Origin: Bugula neritina
Taxonomy: Eukaryota; Animalia; Bryozoa
Assembly (NCBI GenBank): GCA_964035545.1
Contig: OZ037769.1
Location: 10,198,633 to 10,262,632, forward strand
Reading direction: 5' to 3'
Length of the DNA: 64,000 nt
Shown: positions 1-11,580 of the stretch, piece by piece
How the letters are laid out: the number at the start of each line of letters is the position of its first letter
How positions within the stretch are numbered: the stretch's first letter is position 1
Translations under genes and position numbers: made by a program
Notes under the pieces: generated by a model
Databases searched by the model: none
What the model was told of the DNA's origin: nothing
What the model saw: the letters and a program-made list of their open reading frames with translations, nothing else

Positions 1-140
1 GTGAGCGCACTTCCCTGGACGGGGGTGGCTTTTCCTGCCTCGCCACTGTTTTGGGTTGCATCCTAGGCGGTTTGTCAACCAGGTTAGCAGTCTCCGTCTG
101 CCCGGGTTTTTCTGCACTTTGCCTTCGCCGCCCTACCTCC

Positions 141-1610
141 TCAGTAGGGGGGGCCGTGCTTACTGACCCGGCAGACTCCGCACTGCCCAACGCTGTGTCG
201 TACATCACGCTCCATGTGAGGCCAATACCACCAGAGTTGTAGTTCGGTAAACACCTGTTGGGCTCCCCCATGAGCCTGTTGGTGTACCTCTTCTATCAAC
301 TCTTGGCGGATGGCGGCAAGACAGAGGGTCCTCTCCTGGTCTGGCTGGTGGTGGTTATCGGCCAAAGATATGGTCAGTAGACCATCCGGCCCGATCCGCA
401 GTGCGTTCCACTGTCGGCAGTACAGCTGCCACTCAGGGCAGCCCTGCTCCCGTTGTCTGTCACTGGGTCGTCGCCCTTCCCGTTTCATTCGATAGACGTC
501 GGCTACCACCCCCGGAATAATTTCCTGGAGGTGTCCTAGCTCCTTGACGCCATCGGTTGAGACAGGTTTGGCGGGGGGGGGGGGGGGGTCCCGTGCCACC
601 TCTGGGGGCATGTCAGGATTCCCAAGGTGAGGTGTAATCTCGGTTTTGTGTATTGACGTGGCCGTTTCCGGGCGCTGTTCGTCATCCACGCAACCGGCTG
701 ATGTTCTCCCACGGGTCTCCTGGCTGTGGGGTGAGGCAGTCCTTCGCCCGTAGGGCGGCTTCTCTAGAGGACTTTTCATCGAGGTTTCCCGCGATGGCCT
801 GCTGTTATCTTCTTGAACAGAAGGAGTACAGCTTGGTGGAGAGGTGGGTGGTAGGCTCACTGGTTCAGAGGGGGAGTGGAGGCATGGCACCGGGGTCTTT
901 CCTTTCCGTGTCAGCTGGTTAGAGCTGCGGACAGGTGGGACTTTCGGGTGCGCGCTCTCTACAGCTCCCGGCCTGGAGGTACGGCCACCGTCTACCTTGC
1001 GGTGGACGGTGTCCCGGGAGTGGCCAGGCATAGTGCAAGTACGTACTACCGGCTCTTCTCCCGTTAGGGGACGGCTATGGACCTGCCGCGAAGGGGAAGA
1101 CGGCGCCCCGTACGGCGTCTTCGTCTTCTCCCTCGCAGTGTCTGAGGTCGACAGCCCATCGAGTCCGTCTCGGAGTGGCTCCCGGCGGTGCGGCTTGGGT
1201 CTAGTTTCCCTTCGAGGCTTCTTCGCCGGCCCGCAGGGTGCGGGGGCCGTGGAGGGCTCCATGTCCATGGTGGAGATGCCAAAACGGGCCCGCAGGGAAG
1301 CGAAGATACTGGCCACGTCAGTTCCCTCGCCGCATGGCTTGGCCTTGTCCGCCAACGCTGTCCTAAGCTTGAGCAACGCCATTCTTGGTGGCCACCGTGC
1401 AAAATTCCGCAGATCTTGAAAAGTTTGAATGAATTGTTCTACTGATTCTTTACCTGTAAAGGTGGGTGTCTTCAGCCGATATATAGTCTCCTCGAATCTT
1501 ATAACAACTCTCACCATATCCCAGACTGCGGGGTCTACAGGCGTGACAATGTCATCTTCCTCCTCTTCACTTAGTGGCATGAGTAGTTCCGTAGCTCTTT
1601 CTTTTGCCAT
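141..1610 (-). CDS. Gag-like N-terminus fused in frame to Pol integrase H2C2 zinc-binding domain (489 aa; no protease/RT/RNase H motifs seen)
   Basis: N-terminal RLKTPTFTGKESVEQFIQTF...W...ALLKLRTAL...LRARFG resembles retrotransposon capsid; C-terminal HQQAHGG...WWYWPHMERDVRHSVGQCGVC is the HHCC motif; the middle is Pro/Ser/Thr/Arg-rich low complexity. Confidence 0.8.
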   Translation of the reverse strand: MAKERATELLMPLSEEEEDDIVTPVDPAVWDMVRVVIRFEETIYRLKTPTFTGKESVEQFIQTFQDLRNFARWPPRMALLKLRTALADKAKPCGEGTDVASIFASLRARFGISTMDMEPSTAPAPCGPAKKPRRETRPKPHRREPLRDGLDGLSTSDTAREKTKTPYGAPSSPSRQVHSRPLTGEEPVVRTCTMPGHSRDTVHRKVDGGRTSRPGAVESAHPKVPPVRSSNQLTRKGKTPVPCLHSPSEPVSLPPTSPPSCTPSVQEDNSRPSRETSMKSPLEKPPYGRRTASPHSQETRGRTSAGCVDDEQRPETATSIHKTEITPHLGNPDMPPEVARDPPPPPAKPVSTDGVKELGHLQEIIPGVVADVYRMKREGRRPSDRQREQGCPEWQLYCRQWNALRIGPDGLLTISLADNHHQPDQERTLCLAAIRQELIEEVHQQAHGGAQQVFTELQLWWYWPHMERDVRHSVGQCGVCRVSKHGPPY

Positions 1611-1624
1611 TCTGATATACGCAT

Positions 1625-1643
1625 AATCCCACCGCTGCCACCA
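1625..1643 (-). promoter_or_regulatory. Primer-binding site complementary to tRNA-Leu 3' end
   Basis: Minus strand TGGTGGCAGCGGTGGGATT, 1 nt after the LTR end ...CAACA; complements the ...AATCCCACCGCTGCCA-CCA end typical of tRNA-Leu. Confidence 0.85.
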
Positions 1644-1644
1644 C

Positions 1645-1987
1645 TGTTGTGAGTTTTAGCACAATTATCAAGCGTGGATTGTCTGCGTATTTAGTTTCAA
1701 TTTAACTAGCAACTACTAACAGAGCTTGCGTACGATAACCTTTATTTAATTCGATAAACATAATTATAACAGTATGTCAAAACCACAATACATCAATCAA
1801 TTATAAACACGTCTAGCTACTACGAGCCCCTGCTCTCAACAACATGGTTTCTGCTAACTAACCCGCGAACAGTCACTTGACCGGAACCTTGCCTCCCGGT
1901 CCTTCTGATTGGTTGGTAGAACATAGTTATAAGTATTCCAATGCAGGAGGAGACAAATGCATTATTATGCTACGTAATCCCATTACA
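1645..1987 (-). repeat. 5' LTR (~343 bp, TGT...ACA)
   Basis: Minus strand starts TGTAATGGG at 1987 and ends ...CAACA at 1645 next to the PBS; AATAAA on minus at 1741-1746. The partner LTR is outside the window, so the outer boundary is inferred. Confidence 0.65.
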
Positions 1988-2939
1988 GTATTGTAACTTG
2001 TAATTGGGGGAAAGGGGATTAACTATTTACTATGTTAAAAGCTCAACATTAGCCATAGTGTTTAAGGTATTAGAAAGTTACGCTACATAATTAACTATAA
2101 TTACAGTATTTAGAAAAATAGCCATAAGTAATGTGTCAAGGGGGATAACTCTTAATATTTACCACAGTATTTTGTGTAGAATGGTTATTGCAAGCATTAT
2201 TCAATTCATATTCACATTGTAATCACAGGGAAGCTTCAACTTTATAGCTTTGTATTTACGTGCATGATTGAGTTTTAATTTTCTTAAAATTTTATGTGCA
2301 TAAAAAATGTGTTTAAAAACTTTACCAATAAACATAACTAAAAAAATGTACACATAAAATAGAAAAAAAATAAAATAACAAAAGTGACAAAATTTTCCCC
2401 ATATAACTTATATAAACTCGCGGTACCAATCTCGGCATAATGGCGCCCATATGATTCCGTAAGATTACCTAATGTCAACACTCCTAATATATACCACTCT
2501 GACTTGACGCTGCTTATAAAATCATTTTAGTATCTACGCTATTATATGATTAAATAATTATTTATAACAATTGTTCAAACTTGTAGCGGTTCGTCAAACT
2601 TTTTGTGTAGGTGGCAACTCAGAATCGCTAGTAATTAAATCAATTAACAAAGTACTAGTAAGTATAATTTAGTAATTAGACTAATACTAATAGTAATAGC
2701 TTTAAGTTTAAAAGTTGATTCATAATATTAATTATAATATTAATCATAATGATAATGAAAATGTCGATCACTCGATGTTGATTAAATTTAATATTAATAT
2801 AAAATTAAATATTAAAAATCATAAATGATGAATAATGAATTTAAATAATGATAATATCAATAACCAGACCAGTATTAGCACTTGGTACTAATACTTATTC
2901 TACACTAGTATTAATAATGTAATACTAATGGTAATACTA

Positions 2940-3133
2940 ATTTACTTATTTAGTAATACTAATACTAGTAGTAGTACTACTACTATACTAGTACGTAGTA
3001 CTAGTACTACTAGTACGTCTACTACTAGTACCACTATTACTACTAGTACTCCATCTACTGTACTACTACTAGTACTAGTAGTAGTACTATTACTTTTACT
3101 ACCAGTTACCACTACCACCACCACTACTACTAG

Positions 3134-3204
<71 letters not shown>

Positions 3205-3345
3205 GGCTTACTACTAGGCTTACTACTGCTGCTGCTGCTGCTGCTGCTGCCGCCGCCACCACTACTACTACACTACAGTACTACTACCACTAGTAATATT
3301 ATTAGTATTACTATTAGTATTAGTATAATTACTAGTAGTAGTAGG
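2940..3345. repeat. (ACT)n/(GCT)n/ACTAGT low-complexity tract
   Basis: Direct reading; source of the spurious poly-Thr and poly-Val ORFs. Confidence 0.95.
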
Positions 3346-3857
3346 TTTGATCATTTATAATAATAATTATTTATATAATATAATTATATAGAATCTTAAC
3401 AAGTAAACAATAACATTAACTGTATAAACTATAATCATAATGATAATCATCATCATTAATTTTTAATTCAATCGCTGAGTCTGATAATCATATTCATAGT
3501 GATATTGAAGGTGACTATGATCACTATGGTATTATAGTAATAGTAAACAGGCCATGATACTCGATCAGAATTGGTTAAGCACTGATTTAATGATTTGGTT
3601 TAACTTCGATCCAGCTCTGGTCTGCTACTAACTCATTTTAATAATTATACTACAAAGCGAGCACAGCTGTTCTGTTAATGCATTGAGTTTGCCATCACTC
3701 AAGAAATCCTAATTATTGACAAACATGCCTTTTTAAATGTTGCGTTGAGTTGTGTTTTCGTTGGCATCTCAATTTGTGACTTGAGATAAATTATTCATGT
3801 TTCAGCAAAAGTCTACAAATGCACCTGTGAGCGATTACACAAAGTTCCAATGCCATC

Positions 3858-6800
3858 ATGAGTCAATATTCACAAACAGTTCGTGAAGAAGATGTGAATA
3901 ACAAGGTCAGCTTACATACCTTTTCATCAAAATATAATTTCGTTTTTTAAATTGGATTGATTTAAGAGTGAAGTAGAACGAGTAACTTCACAACTATCTC
4001 AAAAGCAATATTATAATATATTATATGCGTTGTCTTAGTCTAAAAGTTGCCAGTTTTAACTCCTCCTTATCTTGGTGATGAAATAGTTCAGACAGAATAA
4101 TTCACAAATGCTCCTCTGCCCATCATTTATTATATTCTCTAAATATTGCAGATTAGGTTTACAAATTATTGCTGTTCAAACACGTCTGATTTTTGTAAGA
4201 CTTGTCAAACATTGTAATATCATCATGGTTGCTTAAATCTCAGTTTTAATCAACCAGACACACCCCGTTTTACTCCACAAATGTCAATCAGCTTAGACTA
4301 TAATATCCACCCTGCAAAATTCTTTATTTCACGAGTTTATATAAATAAAAATGCTGAGTATCTTGTAAAAACAGATGACTTGAGTTTTTATACGACTAAA
4401 CTTCATTTTTGGCTATATTATTTATGCAGGCAAATTCTGCAATGAGTTCTTCGAACACAAAGGTTTTGTCTAACTACTAGTTTTAGTATTAGACATACAG
4501 GATTGTAAGCACTTATAACAACAGAAAATTAAAGATTTGAATCAATTCTTTTCAACATCCTCAAATCTATATTTGATTTGGAGAGTTTGCCTTCGATCTT
4601 AGCTAATAAAAGCAAGGCTCTACATGTATAGCAGTTTTTAAAAATAGTTCGAATATATTAAAAATTCATAACTGTTGTATTTAATTTTCAGGATTGTTTT
4701 TTAATAACTCATAGTTTTATACTAGAATGAATTGTGCTACTAATTTTCTTTTACATACACATTTTTAAGAGAAATCTGCCAAGCATCTACTTACCCATAA
4801 TCTTCTTAGAGTGTTTTGCAAGTTTTCGACTTTAAAATGAGTCATTGAAATACTCGGGCTCTGTTACATGCAAACCTAATAAAACCAAACGCCATTCCAA
4901 TTCTTTTAGCTAATATCAAAGGTATCTTGTCTGGAAAAGAAACTATTTCAAACAAACTCTGGGCAGGTTTTTCAAATGTTATATTGATTCAAATCAATGA
5001 TTGATTATTTTTTCTCACTTAAATGGCGACATTTGCTTATGCATTTGAATATTTTTAGTCTAGCCCAAGGTTTTTTACTTTCTAAAAGTGATATTTTAAT
5101 TGAGTAGTAAAAATATGAAATGCTGAAGGAATTGAAATGAGAAACTATCTACATAAGTAAAAAAATGCTTTTAAACTTGACATAAGCTCAACTTCTGTAG
5201 GCATTTATAAATTAGTATTTTTAGTGTGTGTAACTTTTGCTAATCACCAATGGTGTATACAATACATTTTTTGGGTCTTGCAGCATTGTGCAGATTTATT
5301 TACTTGAAACCTGAATTACATATTTTTACCTGACTTGCATGCTGAGACAGTATTTCACATGTAATTTGGACACAGGTACTGTAATGAATAATGCTTGTCA
5401 TTTTAGGCTAGAGATCTTGTTCGGTTTTTCCTTGCCTCGACTGGTCGCAAAGCACCCATCAAGAGAAACGGTATGTGGAGGTTCAACAAGTTATTTGGCT
5501 TTATATAAATAACTCTCACTGGATGTTGATTAGTAAATGTGTGTTTCTAATAGAAATGTGCTAACTTTATATTTTCCTAGAGCCTTCCATTAGCTAACAT
5601 ATGATTTGCTGCTTTTAGACGTTTTATCTGGTAACATATGATGTCCTGTTTGTAGAAATTGTCGAAAAGGTGATGAAGGACATGTCAAGGGCGTTCAATC
5701 TCACTATGGAGAAAGCTAAAACCATCATGACGAATGTACTTTTTTATATTTTATTCTAACAAAGTTACCCAATAGAGTACCAGCTTATTGGCTACAGGAC
5801 TGGTGCATCACTCTTTTAGGAGAAATTTAGTTTTGAGAGAAAATAATTTATGACCCACTTGTGGAATTTCTTTGCAATTCTTTGTTTATTCTTCAGTGGT
5901 GTGCAAAACATAATGTCTCACGTTAATTGGTCATATCTTACTAATTCACCTCAGCTTTTAGTTGTAGAGTTTTATTATTGTATTATAGTAATGATATTTA
6001 ACAATTTCTTTGTAGGTAAATGTAATTATACTCAACTAAATTGTCTATTTAATAATGATGTTCAGCACAGAGGGCTAGCCTCACAGTTTAGCTCAAGCAT
6101 GTCTGAGTTTACTCATTTAGTTTTATCAAAAGTTTTGCATTTTGCAAAACTGTAAGATGTCATACTTTTTGACAGAAAATTTAGTAAAATTCACTCTAAG
6201 TTGTATTTGTGATTGTAATCAATAAACATTTGGGAGCTGTAGCTAGAAATTGTCATTTAAATTTGCTAGTAAATTTGTTTTTATCATTTCCTAGAAAGTG
6301 CTGTGCCTGTAGCTAATAAATGAATAGGTTTTTATATTTATATGCAAAAATTCAATATTTCTACTTATACTGAACTCTTTTTCGCCTCTCAAATCTACTT
6401 TATATATTTAGTATTATACCACACATTACCGTTATACTTCAGTATGTCACTATCTGTTTGCAGACTTTTGGCCTGAGTATAGTAACTTTAGAAGAGCCAA
6501 ATAAATCCTTTTGTGTGATGAATCAGATTGAGTTGGACACAAACCACCTCCATCTTGAATGGTATGACAATGGTTGCTGTTCATCTGCATTCACAGAACT
6601 GCTGTAATAGTGATACTGTTACTGTAGCAGCTTAGTAGCTACCCTCATGAAGGTCCATGTCCTGTAAAATAGCTTCACTGCTAACTGCGCTGCTATACAC
6701 TTGATATATAAATGGAAAATAGATATCGAAATTTTGAAGAGCAAAGTTGTCACATGACTGCCCTCCAGTCTCGAGACTTGTATGGGAACTATCAATGTTA

Positions 6801-8401
6801 GAGCCTAAGAAAGTGTATCACCATGAAAAGACAATGTGATCAGATTATAGGTCAATGTGTTAAGTAAACAGAATCTTCTACAACTGATTTTATTCTCTAA
6901 TTTATATTTAACATTTCTCATGTGTTTATTAGTCACTACTATACATAGCTCAGCTGAAATTTAAATGGAATACACTGTTTCTCTTGTAAGATTACTATGT
7001 GCACATTTTAGGGGTGAAACTGAAAACCAACAGTCTGCTTTGCTAATGATACTATTCTCCATCATATTCATGGCTGGGGAGAGCATCCATGATGGTCAGT
7101 ACTTCATTTACTATCCTCAAGCCTCGTTGTAAGTTTGGAGTTGTTTCACCCCTAATGTTCTGAGCTTTCCTAATGTATTAAAGCAGATAATATTTATTGG
7201 TGATAGTGTGTCCAGATTGTGTTTATTTGTGATAGTGTGTCCAGATAGTGTTTATTTGACATGAGCAATCTCACAATTATTGCTGTTGCTGTCGTTCTGT
7301 CAACAAACACTCTCATTGGACAATATGAAAACATCTTGGAATACTTTTTTAGTTGAGTTGTATTTGTTGCAGAAATTTTGTGGAAGGCTTTAAAGAAGAT
7401 GGGAGTCGATTTTGAGTAAGTCTATACGCAGTCGTTTTTACAGAGTAGTAGTTTGTCTGAGAGGTGCAGTGAGGTCTAACATATGTCCTTTGTTTACTTT
7501 ATCAAACAAGTAATAATTGTGGCAACATTAGGTTGCTTTTATTTAGTTATTTTATTTAAAATGTTTACAAGTTTTGAGGTGTTCAGTGCTAAAGTCATAT
7601 TTAAGGTATCCCCCCCCCCCCCCCCCCGTCATCACTCAAGTGATTAAAATTAGGAAATTTTCAATTTAGAGTTTGTAGGTAATTGAAACTTTGTGTTAGA
7701 ATCTAGACAGAAGGTAATATTTTTACAGCTATACATGTGAGTAGTACAGGTATATAATGGACTGCTTGTGTGTTGGTAGTGTTGATAAAAGCATTGACAA
7801 TGTTGTAGGAAGACTAACCACGAAATCTTTGGAGATGTGAAGAAGCTGGTGACCACGGAGTTTGTGCAGCAAGGGTATCTATTGTACAAGAAGATACCTG
7901 ATACTGATCCACCTAAACATGAGTTCTCATGGGGACCTCGTGCCTACGCTATAACCAGCAAGGAAGACGTACTTAGCTTTGTGTGTCAGGTAAACTTGCA
8001 TCACCAGTGTGCACAAATGTATAACTTGTCACTTTAGTGTGTTATAAGTCTAGACTGTGACCAATAAGTATTAGTTGCAGTAGAGCAAGAGGGTTGGAGT
8101 TAAGAAAGGGGCTGGAGTTAAGAGAGGGGTGGAGCTAAGAGAGGAGGGGGGTTGCAGTTGAGAGGGGGGGGTGAACCGTAGGTCTGCTGGCTATACTCGA
8201 AGTCCCTTAACTTGTGTATGTGGGATTAGCATATGTGTCAGCATGGCTGTGTATAGCTCATCATTTTATTTGAAGATTTATGGAGAAATGGATATGTTTG
8301 ACTGGCCTCAGCAGTATGATTCGATACATGGAGAGGGAGCGGCAGCAGCTGCCAAGGTGCAGCAGTTGAACGGCTCAACCAATCAGATGGAAGTGGATTG
8401 A
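3858..8401 (+). CDS. NSMCE3: MAGE-domain protein, NSE3/MAGE-G1-like (SMC5/6 subunit), 8 coding exons
   Basis: Exons 3858-3905, 5407-5470, 5656-5735, 6464-6561, 7012-7094, 7373-7415, 7809-7989, 8276-8401; all GT-AG and phase-consistent. Translation contains KARDLVRFFL..RKAPIKR, LLMILFSIIFMAG, ILWKALKKMGV, HEIFGDVKKLVTTEFVQQGYL and FSWGPRA, which are MAGE homology domain motifs. Confidence 0.92.
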
Positions 8402-9254
8402 GAAGTCAGAGAGATGGGACTGTTATATCTTCTTAACACTGAATAGTAGTTGTACATACACACTGCTCTCTTATCTCACATATACTCTCTGGTGATATAT
8501 ATTTATGTAGTATCTGTACAGTTTTTTGCTATGTATATATATGTATATACTCCCTGGTGATGCATATATGTAGATGTAAAGCAGATACTTGTATACCAGT
8601 ACACTCTTAGTACTCCTGTATGAAACCTCTCAGGGTATGCATATTCATATACATCTGTAACGTAAATTGTACCGAGTTTTATATATAAGATTACAAATGT
8701 TTTAAAACCTTGCAATTTTATTTTTTTATGAAAAAGTTCAAAAACACAAAAACATATCTTAATTTGAAAAGAATTTTTCTTTTAAATAAAAACATATGTG
8801 CTCACACTTTTTGAACAGTCAATCAAAGTATTATAACAGCAGTGTTTTGAAACATAAGAACTCTCTCAGTAAAAGTGTGTCTTTCTGGTATTTCCTAAGC
8901 TTAATAAACACATTTGTATGTATCTTTTATTATCCAGTAGCTGGTGGTGTAATCCAACTATGTCAAATGTGTAGACTTCTGTATCACTGCTCTTTAAGCA
9001 AAGGCAAACCTCTTTATTTATGTTTCTTAGTATTGGCTGACTTAATGTACAAATCAATATTTATTTTAGTTCCTGGTTCAAATACTTTATTCTTTAGTAT
9101 TTTAATAATATAATATTGTTTTATTTGTCAATCTACTCATAATATACACTTGTTTTAGCTAGATGGAGTTGTTGTCATTCAAGGGTACTAAATTCCAGAT
9201 CGAAGTACTTGTAAACTGTTATACCAGCCTGGCTCATTTATTTATAACTAGTGT

Positions 9255-9450
9255 CTCAAATCTGGTTCCCTATCATAATAATATATAACATCACATAGTG
9301 CTACTCAAAACTTGTTCCCTATCATAACAATATACAACACCACATAGTGCTGTTGTTCCCTATCATAACAATATAACACCACTTAATGCTGCTCAAAACT
9401 TGTTCTCTATCATAACAATATATAACATCACATAGTGCTGCTAAAAACTT
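9255..9450. repeat. ~49-bp imperfect tandem repeat, ~4 copies
   Basis: Recurring ttgttccctatcataacaatata..acatagtgct..tcaaaac. Confidence 0.8.
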
Positions 9451-11432
9451 TCTTTCAAAAGTTTAGGTGTTGTGATCCTTTCAAATTAGAAAAAGCATTA
9501 TCTGCTGACTATTAACCTAAACAAATAGAGGAAACACAAGTTGTCTTGAAACACTAAAGTTAACTGAATACATCTTTATTACTGCTTACCTAGAAATTGG
9601 CAGCTATGGGAATGCTGTATTTGACAAATATATGTAACTTAGATAGTTGTGCCATGAAAACTTGGCTCATCCTAGACTCCAAGTCCAGGTAGTAGCTGAA
9701 CTGAAAATGGATACTAGTGTTATAAAGTTGCTGGCTATTTGTGATATAAAATCTCCAATTCTTGAGAAAACAATTTATTTTACAATTACCCAAGGCTTTG
9801 TGTGGAGTACCACTAATAGGTGAATGATTACATAATACTAATTGTTATTGTATACTCAGCAATAAATGAGTGAAAATATTCATTCATAGGCTTTACCTAA
9901 AACTTTGCAACAAATGCAATGAAGTGTAGGTGATCAGTCATCTGTTCTCAAACAAGCATAATATTTCATTATAATCATAAAATAAAATGACTAGAGTGAA
10001 AGAAGCCGCGCAGAGTTCAGGGTCATTAAGTGCAGTGATTGTATAGACATCAGTGTTTGAACTTCAAACTTGATGCCCCTCAACTACTACACTTGGCTGC
10101 TTCAAGCGATTTCTGAGTAAGATGGTGAGTATACACCCTATTAGTCTAGAAGCAACCTCCAATTATCTTTCATTCGTTACACAATATTTTTATAAATTGA
10201 GAGTTTCAAGGGTCCTAAAAAAAACTCTAGACTGTTCTGTGCACCCAGTTGGCCACAAACACTCTTCAACTTTAATATGTTTTAAATAGGTACTTGATAT
10301 TTATAGTTCATATGCAGAATGGGCTTAGTAAATTTCCTCTTTTATTACTTTACTATCATGTATGCGTGCATGCATGCATGCCATTATTAATGCTAAAAAC
10401 GTTGCTAACTACAAATTAATACTGATTTAAAAGTCCTTGGTTTATTATAAATAATGCGGGGCTGCCTCTTTTTTATAAATTTTCATAAAAAATTTTTATA
10501 AATTACCATGCAGTATATTATTATGGTAAAGTGAAACCATTATTAACTTTCACTACTGCAAGTTGATGCTTTATATAATTTGCAATAACTAAAATTTTCA
10601 GTTGGTATGTAACAATTGTTATGCACAACTTCTTAAGTAAAGCAAAAATGTTAAACTTACTGTCTTATCATTTATTCAATACAAAAACAATGGAACAATT
10701 GTATTATTATGTCGCCAAGGGCGCCGTCACAGTGTTCAAAATTAAAAAGATCTTTGAAGAGAGTAAGTCCCACCAAGGTGGACAGATCTTGCTCTCCTTA
10801 TTCAGCTTGCTCATTAACTTTGGAAATGTACAGAAGGGCAAAGAGTAAAGGAGGTCATCTAAAATCTTGGTTAGTTCTAGAATATTTGGGAAAGTACATT
10901 TTTATCATTTAGAAATACAAGCCATATAATTTAAAAGGTATTCTGCCATTTGAAATATAAATAATATATAGGTGTTTTAACAAGAGCAAGTTTAGTGATA
11001 TAATAAGACTCAAGAAGACCCTATCTTAGTTCATATAATGTAGCCTTTATGATTTAATAAACATATGCTTACTTGTCCTGCATAAATAGATACACAGATT
11101 TTGCAGAGACTGGCAATATATTATATGATTATTTATGCATGATTGTTAGTAGACCAGCCAACCCTTAACTCAATTCAGCCTTAACCCTGGAAGAGGAATA
11201 GGGTTAAATACTAATTATAATTATAAACTGTAAAGGTTGCTTGTGCAGTTGCTTTCTTTCTCATAACATTTTTCTTGCAACAAAAATACTGGAAGAAAGA
11301 ACTAACACTGTTAAGAGTTATCTTCTCTTGGGTAAGATGTTGGCATGCAAGTAGTCATGTTACTATCAAAGGCTTAGCTAGAAGCTTAGGGTTCTATAAT
11401 GACTGAAGAATTTAGGGTTGTGTGTACCAGTA

Positions 11433-11580
11433 GCCCCCCATAGGGAAGTGGTTAGCACTCCAGCTAGCTTGCAAGCCGGAGGTTTTCGGTTTGGTTCTCA
11501 GTAGGGACAATTATTTTACAAACTGAAAAATCTCCAAGACTGTTGCAAACATGAGTTGGGCTAAAACATTCAGGTTCCAG
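11433..11580 (+). mobile_element. Degenerate tRNA-derived SINE-like sequence (second family)
   Basis: A-box-like tagggaagtggttagc, anticodon-like arm gcttgcaagc, degenerate B-box ggtttggttctc; only one copy in the window. Confidence 0.35.

Larger units (their letters stand above)
1..1987 (-). mobile_element. Ty3/Gypsy-type LTR retrotransposon, internally deleted, non-autonomous (5' part; continues off left edge)
   Basis: GC-rich block in AT-rich DNA; putative LTR 1645-1987, PBS 1625-1643, then an ORF with gag-like and integrase zinc-finger motifs. Confidence 0.88.

Noticed and set aside
51-1626. Several overlapping + strand ORFs
   Set aside because: Antisense shadows of the GC-rich retroelement ORF.
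2928-3293. Poly-Thr and poly-Val ORFs
   Set aside because: Trinucleotide microsatellite artefacts.
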